Source: Azolla caroliniana | Lineage: Eukaryota > Plantae > Polypodiophyta | Length of the DNA: 64,000 nucleotides | Direction: 5' to 3' | Assembly (NCBI GenBank): GCA_043228905.1 | Contig: JBHGNT010000001.1 | Location: 1,116,001-1,180,000 of the forward strand | Shown here: positions 52,353 to 64,000 of the stretch, one piece after another | How the letters are laid out: each line of letters begins with the position of its first letter | How positions within the stretch are numbered: the first letter of the stretch is position 1 | Made by a program: the position numbers and the translations under genes | The notes under the pieces: model-generated | Told to the model about the DNA's origin: nothing | What the model saw: only the letters and a program-made list of their open reading frames with translations | Databases searched by the model: none

Positions 52353-52620
52353 TGGATAGATTAGATTGATAACATACATATACATATGTGTAGATTGATC
52401 ACCTCGGTCTCACTTGTATATATTAGATTGATAACATACATATATGTGTAGATTGATCACCTCGGTCTCACCTGGATAGATTAGATTGATAACATACATA
52501 TATGATATATGTGTAGATTGATCACCTTGGTCTCGCCTAGATAGATTAGATTGATCACCTCGATCTCACCTGGATAGATTAGATTGATAACATGCATATG
52601 TGTGTAGATTGATCACCTCG
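52353..52620. repeat. Minisatellite, ~58-62 bp x4-5, immediately upstream of the DCTPP1 start
   Basis: The unit ggatagattagattgataacatacatatatgtgtagattgatcacctcggtctcac is repeated with length variants. Confidence 0.9.
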
Positions 52621-53951
52621 AACTAGGGTGAGACCTGTGCCAAGAGGAATCAAAGATGATATGCACTATTATGTTATAGCTGGAGAAGTAGATTTTGTTC
52701 TTCTCAAGGAGGACAACATAACATTGTTTCTGATTTGAGTGTGTCGCACTAAAGGGTGTTTCACATGTTCTGAGGTTATGTTGATTAGGGACCATCTAAT
52801 TGGGAGATTCCCATCAATTGCACAATTATTGAGATCATATCAATAACTTTGGAGTTAACATGATAGAAAAGCATTCAAATGTATGACAACTTACAAAGTC
52901 TTCATTGTCAACCACTCGAACTCTGTATGATTTCATACCATGATAAGTTCATGATTGTCTTTGTAGCATGCCATCTTTGGGGGGACGACACTCCCTTGTT
53001 ATTATAGAAGTCTTTTGAATGTATTGTGCGTTGCCATAGGTCTTGCAATAATCCATTGTTCCATTCATCATTTTGAATAGGTATACAATATATAAAAGGT
53101 GGTAAGTTCCCAATGCTTCAATTTGTGAGTACCATGATCTTTCTTCGTATACTATTATGGCCATTTTCTTTGATCCTTTGAATGTCGCATATATAAAGTT
53201 GTTCACTTCCAATGGATAAAGTTCATTATTTGGAATAACAGTTGTACCATCACAAGTGGTGTTGCCACTCCAGTTTGGATAATCTTGTGTGGGATAGAGA
53301 CTTTGTTTGTGTTCAAGTGTATATAGGGAGGCATGGGACTCTCTATTTGTGTCCAATTGTACATGGGGAGGCACGGGACCCATACATTTGCCCCATACAT
53401 GGATATAGCAAGGGTGTTAAAATGCCACTTTGATACATGGTTCCAAGAGTTCCCGGTGGTATTGTCATTCCAACATGGTTGTGGCTACTAATAGCCTTAA
53501 GTGAGTTTATCAGTGGTATTGTATTTTCGTAGAGAAGCGACCTTTTGTGCATGTAAATGTCACTCCTAAATATAGGTATCCAGCACGTAAATGTCCCTCC
53601 TCGATACAGGAATCCACAACTTCAACTTGCTGACAAATTGATGTGAGGATTTTCAGTCCTCTGGTCTACCAACTGAGAGCCTTTTTTTGCCATAAAAATC
53701 ATCTAGCCATTGACATGACGTTATAGATATGCATAAGATTCAAAGACCAAGATTATGTCATCAATGTAAAGAAGAACATGGATGACCATACCTAATCACC
53801 TCCGTATGTCTTGTACTCCCCTATTTGATGTAGAGTCCAAATAGGGTAGGTGAGTAGCATCCTTGCTTCACACTGATGGGCTTGTGATGTCCTCTAGTAA
53901 ACCCATATACACCCAACTCAACCTAACACTTGCTTATATCACCAATGGAGA

Positions 53952-53963
53952 CACACACACACA

Positions 53964-54016
<53 letters not shown>
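53952..54016. repeat. (CA)n(GA)n compound microsatellite
   Basis: acacacacacacaaagagagag... with ~25 GA units. Confidence 0.9.
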
Positions 54017-54021
<5 letters not shown>

Positions 54022-54533
54022 AGCTAAAATTTAGGGGATTTCTTGAAAAAGCAAGGCCTTTGAGATGCTAAAACATAAGAGACATCCAAATAAGTACAAA
54101 CTCTTCATATTCTAAAATTGAATGATGAATAAATATCACAAGAGAACAAATTTGGCTATCTTTTCAAAGTTATCATTGTGTATAATTAAATAACAAGTGA
54201 CTCCCCTTTTGCTCCATTCACAAATTCAGGTTGCAATGGTTAAATATAGAGAGAGCTGATGGATAGAAATGAATGAGAACCAATAAGTGAACGAGAAATT
54301 ATTTAGCATGTGTGCACACATTTGTAACTATATAATAGTTCGGTCTAATGTGTACCCAGACTCGGTTACATCTATACATTGTACAAGATACCAGGATATA
54401 TTTGTCTTGGAAAGAATTCTCCTACAAAGAATCATCGTAGTAAGGGTAGGTACACTACTAATATTTATAGTAGTCCTGGAAAGAATGGTCTTATGAAGAA
54501 TCATTGTAGTTACAATAGGTAGACTAAATATAT

Positions 54534-56127
54534 CTAAACCATGTATGTCATTCCTACTTGAATCAGGCGAGTATGAGGAACAGCGAGAGCTTCACTAGTG
54601 GCTCGGCAATTTCGCGACAAGAAAGAATAAAAGTAATTGATGACAAGCTTCTTGATGAACCATGACTGTTTTTTGGCTCGGACATCCGCGTGACTAAGGA
54701 GATAAACCGCCCCTGACTCTTCTGTATCCCGTACAGCTTCAAGCTCCATGACAGCATCATCATCAAGATTTATGGAGCTTGGTGCATCTGATGGAAAGTC
54801 TGAAAGCAAGCTCCCCACTGAAGGATCAGAAAGTGTTTCAAGATCCATGTTTTGAAAATTCTCAGCTGCTAAGAAAGGGCGAATAAATGTATCTGACATC
54901 AAACACAGTTCAGACGGGGCTGCAATCTCCGTTTTCTCTCTATCATCACTCTCTATTCCATGAATACCGGATTCCGATGCATACTCTTGCACCTCTTTCT
55001 GAACGGAAGTTTCAACACTCTCCATTCTATCACTATTAAATTCTAATGCATAATCTTGTGCCTCTGTCTGAATGAAAGTTTCCAAGCTCTGGAGAAGTAA
55101 CTGTTCAAATATATAATGATTCTCCTTGCGGACATCCTTGTAACCATATCTCACGACACATCTAAAGAGATGATAAGCACGAGGACCAACACGCCGGAAA
55201 TGGAAGCGATCTGATTGTGGTACGACTGCAACAGGCACATATTTTATACACACGAAAACTATGACTGAATGTATGGCTGGAAGGTTTTTCATTAAGTACC
55301 CAAAGATTGCAGGAACACCATGTACTAGCTCATTATAAAGAAGACCTATACCAGGAACTCTTATGGTTCCAAGATTTGCACCGAGCTCTAGCATATAATC
55401 CATCGAGATCTTCTGTTCAATCTCACACTGATATTTCATTCTTGTGCCATAATGCCAAATGAACATAACAAGGACAAAAACGAATGCTAATGCAAGAGGT
55501 ATCCATCCACCTTGCTCAACTTCCAAGAGTACTGCTGACAAGTAGGCCAACTCCACAGCTCCGATTATGAATACAAATGTGAGGGCTACACAAAGTGATG
55601 TCTGCCAAACCAAGACCATGATTAATGTGACAAATGCTGTAGTAATGAGCATGTTTCCTAAGAGTGCAACACCTGTCAAAAATTCAGAGTTTAGGCTAAG
55701 ATAAAAAAAGATAAGGGCAAATGTTTCATGACACTTAGCTCTCTACTTATACATTCTCTGAATGGGGTTTGTTCTATGGCTTCATCCTAGTGATAAGCCC
55801 ATAGCACAACCAGATTAATGCAATCCCTTAAGCAATGGTTCCTTTCAATGATCAAAATTCCTACTCATCATAGACTTGTTACTTTGTATACCCAAACCTA
55901 GGAATCGGCAACGGTTCGGTTTAGGCTTAGCCGGTTTGGCCTGATCCAAGCCAAACCGGTTAAGCCTAAACCGGTTTAGGGGTTCTCAAACCTGAACCAA
56001 ACCGACCCCTAAACCGGTTAGTGAACTGGTTTGGTAAATGGCTTATAAACCGGTTTGGAAACCTCTCTCTCTCTCTCGGTCTTATAGGCCATTTTGGCCT
56101 CTTAAAAGACGTTAATATATCTTTCTT

Positions 56128-56200
<73 letters not shown>

Positions 56201-59200
56201 TGTGTAGTTCTCCCAACCTCTCCCTCTCTCTCACGTTTGGTAAACGGCTTAACCGGTTTGAGCCGGTTTGGCAAGGCTCAAGCTAAGCCGAACCAAGCTC
56301 AAACCTGAGCCAAGCCGTTGCCGATTCCTACCCAAACCCAATGCACACAGGTTAGTCACTTATCATAAGCACGCTTTAAGCAATGATGTGGGAGTCCTCT
56401 AATGATCAAAATTACCCATCCATCATCGATGCGTTACCTCATAGTATACCCAAACCCACAATACACAAGGATTGTTCTCACTTACCATAAGCATGCCCAA
56501 TCAGGTGCATTTCCCTTAATGAAAGTGTTATGATCACACACATGATCATAAAAAAACAATTCATGACAGGAATATAAATCTGTTCCATAACGCGCCTTGA
56601 TGTGTGAATTATCTTCAGTCGTGGAAAGAAATCTAATGCCACTGCCATTTTGATGACAGAAAATGTAGCTAATATCACAGACCGACTTGCTATCAATGCA
56701 GCGGAGACTGCAAGCAATAAAAGTGGCCATAATAATGCTCCTGGAAAAGACAAAGATGAATCAACTACAGAAAAACCATTACTGGAACTTTAAAAACTCA
56801 ACAAGGTCCAGCACCCCATTAATAAGGATACAGATACTGAGAAAACGAGGTAAATATGCATGAGCACATACCCAAGGTTAATATTGAAATTACAGACAGT
56901 GAGTGAATCAATCTAGGATGTGCTTACTTACAGGCACATTCTAATGATCTAATTCTGTAATGTCTCCGACTGCATGAGAAGAAGATTCCAACAATTGACT
57001 TGTCATGATTTATGTACCCATGACTGAATACTCTAAAGCTTCTAGGAAGAATAAATGCAACTATAAGAAAGAATTTCCTGATGAATGGCAAGCGTTCATC
57101 AATTGAAAGGCTTCAAAGAACAGAATGAAGCATCCGATGGAGAGTGATAATGTGTTATCATCCTTACTACATGCATTTAAACAATCAACATATCATAAAC
57201 CTCAAGTCACAGCTAGAATCTTTCTTGGGTGTCAAGAGAGGGGGTTCCTCATAGCCTCTTAAGAGCTAAGAAATGCTATAAAATCAATTTAAATAGCTTT
57301 GCTTTGTGCCCTGAAAGTCGCTCTGAAATTTTGACAGTGTTTTGACTGAGGGAAATAAAACCCACTAGATGAATAGCTACTAATATTTCCTCGTTGTATA
57401 TATTAATTCATTCCAAACTTAAATCCCAAGAAATTAAAACAAAAAATCAAATCAATTCAAGCAATTTGTACTTGTATTTTGCAGCCTTCCTTGTCTGTTC
57501 TCGATATTCATGGTAATTTCTAGGCCTTCACGCAGACAATCAAAAAGAATGCATGCTCTGTAGTAGTAAAAAATGGGTTGTAAGAGGCAGCCTTTCTGCT
57601 GTGTGTATGGTTGTAATGAATTCCCCATGAAGGGATGGTGTATGCATGCACATTAGGCAGACAATAAGCCTGCCCTGGAAATTCTGGCCATAATCTGTAG
57701 TTTTTTTTTTCCAAGAAAGATATTACATTAGTATTAAGAAACGCCCTAAGGCTGTATATTAAGTGTGTACATATAGGTAATGACCCCCATGGTAAGTTCT
57801 CACTGGCGGCTTAAATAAATACTTCAGTGTCGAGTAGAACCACTTTACCTTGTCAGAAATATGCCTATAAAATATTCCTTTGTCTCATATGCCATGAAAC
57901 TCCAATCATTGTAACTGCCCGTTGCGTACTACCTTTTATGTTATCCAAAGGACCTCTAAGATTATGCACAATTTCTGTCCAAATTCCGGAAATTATCTGT
58001 GCAGGTCATTCAATCACATTTTTGAAAACCTTCAAACATCAGGCCTTCCAAATATACCAAAATGTGATACTATTTCCAAATTTGTAGTTTATCTGGATGA
58101 AAAAGTTTAATGCACATGAGAGAAGACACTCTTTGTTATGAACGTATGTCGCCTGTGGGATCAGGTCAGGGGATCTGCTGGATTTCTATCTAATGTGCCA
58201 ATTTGTATACCTCGAGACGATCAGACTTGAACTGATAATGTTAATACATACTACTCATTGAACTACACCCCCATATGGCCAAACATTGTTTCCTTTATCT
58301 TGCAATAGAAGCTTTGTGCATAGGTGCATGTATATGTGTGTGTGTTCCTCCTTTTTCAGTGTTTAGGCTTCATCTGAAACATGTATCATATGGCCCAACA
58401 TTGTTTCCTTATGTTGCAATAGAAGCTTTGTGCATGTGTGTGTATGTTCTCTTTTTTTACAGTGTTTAGGCTTCATCTGAAACATCCCTTGCGGTCAAAA
58501 CTGTCATGCATGAGATGTATTATTGGCAGGTTCATGAAGTTTCAGTTTTGATTTATTGGCATTAGAGAGTAGTCATTTTCTTCAGAGCTAGCTATCTTAT
58601 CATCTTGAAACTTCATTACCTCTCAGGCAATGGAGTGAATGGATTTACTGAGGTCAAAGCAGCCACATTTTCCAATCTTGAAAGATTGACAAACTTTACA
58701 AATAGCTACACCTGATTCTGGACAAACTGATGTGGATATAGAGGAGCAGGATATGCTACTCACCATGGATAGCATAGTTTGATCAACATTGAGCAGAAAG
58801 GTATGACTGGAGTGCAATGACTTTGTTGCCCTGCAAATAGAAAACACATTCCTAGGGAGTTTTTTTTGCAGATGTAGCAAGACAAAAAATTAGCTCAACT
58901 GCTCTTTGATTATTTAGACAGAGATTTCACCACCTGCCACTAGTGGAATGGCAAGGTTCTGCCAGGACACCACCCATCTGCAAGAAAACCATTTGTGAAA
59001 GAAAAGGCAGGGCCAAATGATAATCATCCACTTAGCTAGTGCAGAGAAGTCTTCTCTTTTGGGAAATACTTTTTCTACTCCAGTCATAGGCAGCATTATT
59101 ATGTGTAGTGTGGGCCCAAGCTCTTCTCACTACAGTTTTCCCTACAGAATTCCTCCCCTTTTTTGGAAGTGTCAGCTAACTCTTGGAATTGGTTAGATCA

Positions 59201-62200
59201 CTGCAGACCAATGTTTCATTCCACTGCAGCTGGAAAAGCTGCAAATTTTGTCATTGACTGGAGGGTGGGAACAACTCACTATTACATAAAGTTTTTGCTA
59301 CAATACAATAATTGTAATCTTCAATTTTGATGATTCGAAAACATACCATACCTATTTACGCACAATAAATAGGAAAAGATTGCAACAAACCTAATCTTTA
59401 CAATATAAAACTTATGACTGCAATGCACTTCCCCAAGTTATTTGAAAGGAGCTTGCCTGGAATTGAGTTGTAGAATACATTATTTACTCTTTGAGGATTT
59501 TCCATCAAGTATGCAGCTTGACCAATGTATGTTAACAATAAGCAAGGATAAACGATGAATGAAAATGCAATCTGTAAAGAGAACATTTGGCATATTAATG
59601 GATCACTACTCATAATGTTAATTAGTGTTGAAACTTTAAATAGAGCAGTTATCAACATAATAAGTGGGTTATGGAAATAATGATAAAAGCTGCAGTCACA
59701 AGCTCCAAACATATAAAACCAATACAGAATTCCCAAAATAGTTCCAGATTCCAAACAATCTCAAATGGTCTCTCCACGAGCTCCAAACATATGAAAACAA
59801 TACTGAATTCCCAAAATAGTTCCAGATTCCAAACAATATCAAATGTTCTCTCCTCCACCAAAAGATCTTGGTGTCCCAATTTTCTTTCTCTAAAACCCAA
59901 TCACACATTATATTATGTATGCCGTGCCAAACTACAAAATCATTTTTGACCCTGAATGAGCGAACCACAATCAACCATACATGAAAGATCATATCCTTAT
60001 ATCACTTCAGTCAAAATCGAATTCCAATTCTAATTTATCAAGTAGTCAGATCAATTATGGACTTCCCCAACAAGAAAGTTCTGATGTTTTGGATTATCTA
60101 CCTCAATTCTGTCAAAACGATCTATCGAGTTACAAGATCCGTAGGTTAGATCCTCTGGAGAAATCTTATATTTTCACCCTCCAAAGAAATCTTCTATTTT
60201 CAGCGACAGAGAGCCATTCTAGGTATGCCATCCCATGACATATCTCGCTCGAATCAGGTTATTACCATCTGAGGGAACTCCATTAGTAGGACCCATAAAC
60301 ACTGGACGATCTTCCATGATTAGGAATATAGCATCCAATTCCTCCTTTCAGTTGGTGAGGCTACCAATAAGAAAGTTGGTATACGATTGATCATATCTGC
60401 ACCATCTCTTCCATAAAACTTAGATCACATCTATTTGATGTGTTATGGCATGTTGATGCTCCACCAAGGAGATTCATCAACTATGTATGTTTCAATCATG
60501 AGCTATCCCCACATATTTCTCTCTCAGTCACAATGTGCACTCTCAATTGCAATATTCATTGGTAAAATTCTTGAACATTGAACACTTATCTAACCCACAC
60601 ACTACATGAAAATGCCTCACCTTTATCCCAATGGTCATATTTGACCTCCCACATAAACAATAAAATCTCTCTTATTATGTTCTATTCTCCCCATGGGTTT
60701 ATGATCATGCTTAGTAATCACCACAGCATTCAATCTGACCGTTGCTCTAATGCAACTCTTTTTCGAAATAGGATGAAACTCAAATTTATTTCTCTAATTG
60801 AGCTTCATTATCTCCGCTCTTTTCAATTTCCAGCACAACCCTCCTAGAATACAGCCACTCTCACGTTTTTGGCAAAAAAAACATTCTAAATAACAACACA
60901 TTGAATTGTTGTCTCTATTGATACAATTATAATTATTATTAAGGGAAATTGACATTGATAAGTTTTTTCCAATTATTACTCTTTTATATGAATTTGACAT
61001 TTCCTTGCTTATTAGGGGAAATTTCCATTAATACCATTAGTCATGATTATTAAGGGAAATTGCTATAATAAAGATTCTTCCAGATAATACTCTTTATATG
61101 AATTTGATATTTCGTTGCTCAACCCACAAAAAAGATAGTGGCAGCTCAATTACCTGAATAGAGCTTGCTGGGAATTTTCCGAGATCTGCAAATAATAATT
61201 CTCCACCTACAAAACAAAATGCAGTTATATCTGTTTTGAAAGAAAAATAGATTAGGCACTTTGAATCTTTATTGAAAATATTTCATTTTCCTGATACAAA
61301 GTACCGCAAATAGATTAACCCTTCTAAACATTGAAGTACTACTTTCAATGGTTTACTCATTTCATTTCTTTAGTTCTCATTGACGAGGAAACATAAACTC
61401 TGATGAAACCTTATAGGATATTCCATCTTTTAGAGCTTTCATTAATTAGTTCTATGTCCATGGATTGATTGATGTTATTGATGCAATACTAACTTAGTGA
61501 ATAGAGGCATAGAAGAAACAATGATTATATTAGCTTCTTTTAAGACAACTATAACACCAAACAAGAGATCACATCTTAAAATGTTGACGAACGTTTTAGG
61601 CATATCTAATATGATTCTAAGTGGATATGTCATCTAGACCATTCTGTATAAAGTAAAGACACTTTGTTTGATACAGGTTATGCAAAAACTTGACACACAA
61701 TTGGGCTTCCCAATCAGAACTCCAACTCATAAAGAGAGACAAAACCTTAACGTCCCCACCTCAAGGCCTGATTAACCTCCCTCCAAATGATCAGCAATGA
61801 GAATAGTTTATGTGGAGGCTGGAGCGCCAAGAACTTCAAGGTTGATGGAAACAGGCTTCAAGAATACTTTCTACACCACATACATGAGATTCAGCGCATA
61901 GTCTCAGGGACTTAGGTACTCTCAGGAGGAATAGAAATGGGGATAAATTGGTGATTCAATGTCACGACAGGTTGAGATGGCACAAGGTTGTCTTGGTGTG
62001 ACTTGTCATGGGGACAGACGGTATGGTAGGAAAACAAGGGATGGCCACCCTAATGCTTAACAAACCTTATCATTTTGTTTGGTTGTTTTTTTACTGTAAA
62101 GAGCTGTTTTCATATCTTTTTTCTGTCAATTTCTATTATCATTTGTACTCCATTCTAATATATGCAGGTGCCTACGAACAATTATTCCGCAAGATCCTTC

Positions 62201-63061
62201 AAACTTTACCTCATCAACATTCTGTCATTGTTGAGACCTGGTTTCCATAAATTTCCTAATAGTTGAATCTTCTATTCAATACTTCTAATATATTGTATCT
62301 TAAAGGAGTCAAAAGAAAAATGCATCATCCTCTGAAAGTGGTCAATGTGGGCTGCAGCCAGCGATCTGCAGTAACTTGTGCATCTCCCGCGCGCACGGTC
62401 ATAGATTTGTTAATACACTGCCAGGACGACACAATATTTGTTTTTTGGACTTTCAAAAAATACTTCCAAAAGCTAGGTGCATTCAGCATAGTTTGTAGGC
62501 TAGTGATAGCTTTAAGGCAATCAAAATGCAATTCCTGTTTGTAAGGCCGTAAATGAGTGCAAAACAAATTATTATTTCAAAATTTACGTTAGATGGCTAA
62601 ATACATTTGAATATTAATAAACAAATTTATTGCTAAAGAAAAACAAATGCCTTACCTGAAATACAAAGGACAAGGCCTCCAAGAGCATGCAATGCATTTG
62701 ATCCATTCTTTTGAAAGAAGTAGTATACAAACATTGGATTGATAGCCCGAAAAACACTTGAATCATATGCCATTATATTGTATATACCAATAGCTGCTAG
62801 AGAAAAAAACCACACACACATGATGGGAGCAAAAATACGACCAATCTTCCCCGTTCCAAAACCTTGCATCACAAATAGCAAAACCAGTAGCATAATTGTA
62901 ACTCCAACAACCGTATCTGTTGCAAAGAAAAAAATTTAGAAAATAAAATATTATTCTCAATATGAAAATGGCCATCTGATGTATGATGTTAATACATATT
63001 GACTACTTGCCTTGTGATAGTGTGGGTATTCCTACTTGAAACCCACTGACTGCAGCTGTAA
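54534..63061 (-). CDS. KUP/HAK/KT potassium transporter, KUP5/7/12-like clade; 5' exons not found in this window
   Basis: Exons 63011-63061, 62656-62916, 61154-61206, 59457-59571, 56486-56740 and 54534-55672 join in phase. Motifs FGTGKIG, FADLG, YPCLLLTYIGQAAYL, FPRLKIIHTS, QIYIP, GGWIPL, RVPGIGLLYNELV, RYGYKD and the terminus WFIKKLVINYFY...QVGMTYMV. Confidence 0.92.
55899..56330. mobile_element. Non-autonomous hAT-like MITE, copy 2 (intact), in the last KUP intron
   Basis: Perfect 16-bp TIR TAGGAATCGGCAACGG/CCGTTGCCGATTCCTA, 8-bp TSD CCCAAACC on both sides, AAACCGG subterminal repeats and an internal (CT)n. Confidence 0.92.
58273..58484. repeat. Tandem duplication, ~116 bp x2 (KUP intron)
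   Basis: atatggcc.aacattgtttcctt...gcaatagaagctttgtgcat...cagtgtttaggcttcatctgaaacat occurs twice. Confidence 0.85.
58620..59280 (-). mobile_element. Degenerate non-LTR (L1-like LINE) ORF2 remnant
   Basis: VVSWQNLAIPLVAGG resembles the plant LINE motif VxWxxxxxPKxxGGLG; broken frame. Confidence 0.4.
59701..59845. repeat. Tandem duplication, 78 bp x2 (KUP intron)
   Basis: agctccaaacatat.aaa.caatac.gaattcccaaaatagttccagattccaaacaat.tcaaatg starts at 59701 and 59779. Confidence 0.85.
60940..61119. repeat. Diverged tandem duplication, ~110-bp period
   Basis: aagggaaattg...tactctt(t)tatatgaatttga.atttc.ttgct occurs twice. Confidence 0.6.
61800..61880 (+). mobile_element. Ty3/gypsy (Athila/Tat-like) integrase C-terminal fragment
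   Basis: aac ttc aag gtt gat gga aac agg ctt caa gaa tac ttt = NFKVDGNRLQEYF, resembling the FKVNGxRLKxY motif. Confidence 0.4.
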
Positions 63062-63499
63062 CTGTAACAAATAAGTAGATATTAAACCAGGGATTGGATT
63101 TGCTGGACATGTGATCAACAAGCCAACAATTTTATTGATGAGATTACAAGGCCAAAATAAACTTTATGTATATGTTCAATAAATCATCTTCATCAACAAT
63201 TTAGAGCTTCATGTATGCCCTCAAGAATAAGAATAGGAGGCCAATCATGAACTCTGCGACCAAATAAACATATACACTTGTATGTGACGCTTTAAGAAGG
63301 GGGCTGATTACTTTGTGGTTAAAACTGTCTATGTGAAAATAATGCACACACATACGTGCTCACCCTTCTTGGTGGAGATTTGAGTGTGAATTGAATTACA
63401 GTGCCCGTCTAGTAAGCCATCATACTTCTCGTGAATTATCTTATATGTTGAGCATGCGAGAAGTGATATTCATCCTCCACTAGGTTTGCATTGCATACC

Positions 63500-63800
63500 T
63501 TGCATATCTTCCTAACTGAGTGATGACGTCATTATACTACCTCAACACCTAACTTGTGTGAGTGAGTTTGAAGAATGATTATTGCTCTTTGAGAACCAAG
63601 GTTCATGGGGGTAGTAAGATGCAGTTGGATACATTCTAACATTTTTGCATTGTATCGGGACCAGAATTGAGGTGTAAATTTTGAAATATAATATTCCAAT
63701 TTTGACATTTTCAAATCTTTCCATTTCATCATTAGTGCCTCCAATAATCTATCCTTGAAGATGACATACCTCATAGTATGACCTAAGAGGTCCAATAGAT
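63500..63800 (-). mobile_element. Possible degenerate gypsy integrase core remnant
   Basis: KFTPQFWSRY and an adjacent TASYYP resemble the FTSxFW...STAYHP integrase motifs; frameshifted. Confidence 0.3.
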
Positions 63801-64000
63801 CTTTTACTCACCATCTTTTAAACCATTTCAAAATGTCATGCACCGATATAAATGAGAGGATTTTTCTCTTATTAGTGAGGTAGTGCCACCCCACATTTCC
63901 ACTCCATAAAGCAACACTTGGACCACCATAGCATTCAATAACATCAATCTCACTTCCCGTTCTCGCGTATTGATTCCCGAACATATAATAACTATTCCAA

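Noticed and set aside
52353-52620. CRISPR-like repeat array
   Set aside because: Units are contiguous with no unique spacers, there are no cas genes, and the context is eukaryotic; it is a minisatellite.
52949-53552. ORFs of 65-144 aa between DCTPP1 and KUP
   Set aside because: No splice structure or domain recognised; probably decayed retroelement sequence.
12460-54534. Functional gene cluster or operon-like system
   Set aside because: The neighbouring genes (glycosylation, phosphatase, endosomal trafficking, PPIase, nucleotide sanitation, K+ transport) share no pathway; this is ordinary eukaryotic gene order.
55966-56308. ORFs with (RE)n or (LS)n runs
   Set aside because: They lie entirely inside the MITE's CT microsatellite.
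62168-62567. Exon-like segments and an 80-aa ORF in a KUP intron
   Set aside because: They are not needed for the KUP frame and have no recognisable homology; I cannot support a nested gene.

Overview
Eukaryotic, AT-rich, gene-dense land-plant genomic DNA with GT/GC-AG introns and many GA/CA microsatellites. A non-seed plant such as a fern is my inference, not shown directly. I assembled eight protein-coding genes by hand from splice sites and reading-frame phase: (1) an XBAT34/35-like ankyrin-RING E3 ligase; (2) an intronless GnT-II/MGAT2; (3) a 438-aa rhodanese + dual-specificity phosphatase + FHA protein; (4) a 23-exon GRV2/RME-8 J-domain protein; (5) a probable mitochondrial protein of unknown function with a duplicated acidic exon; (6) thylakoid FKBP16-1; (7) a dCTP pyrophosphatase; (8) the 3' part of a KUP/HAK K+ transporter with two GC-AG introns. 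Between and within genes lie three copies of a hAT-type MITE, degenerate copia/gypsy/LINE remnants, short tandem duplications and a 91-nt near-perfect hairpin. The most interesting candidates are the animal-MKP-like phosphatase fused to an FHA domain and an in-frame CUG-initiated extension of GRV2 that would begin with a myristoylation motif (MGASQS). No database searches were run; family calls rest on recognised motifs.
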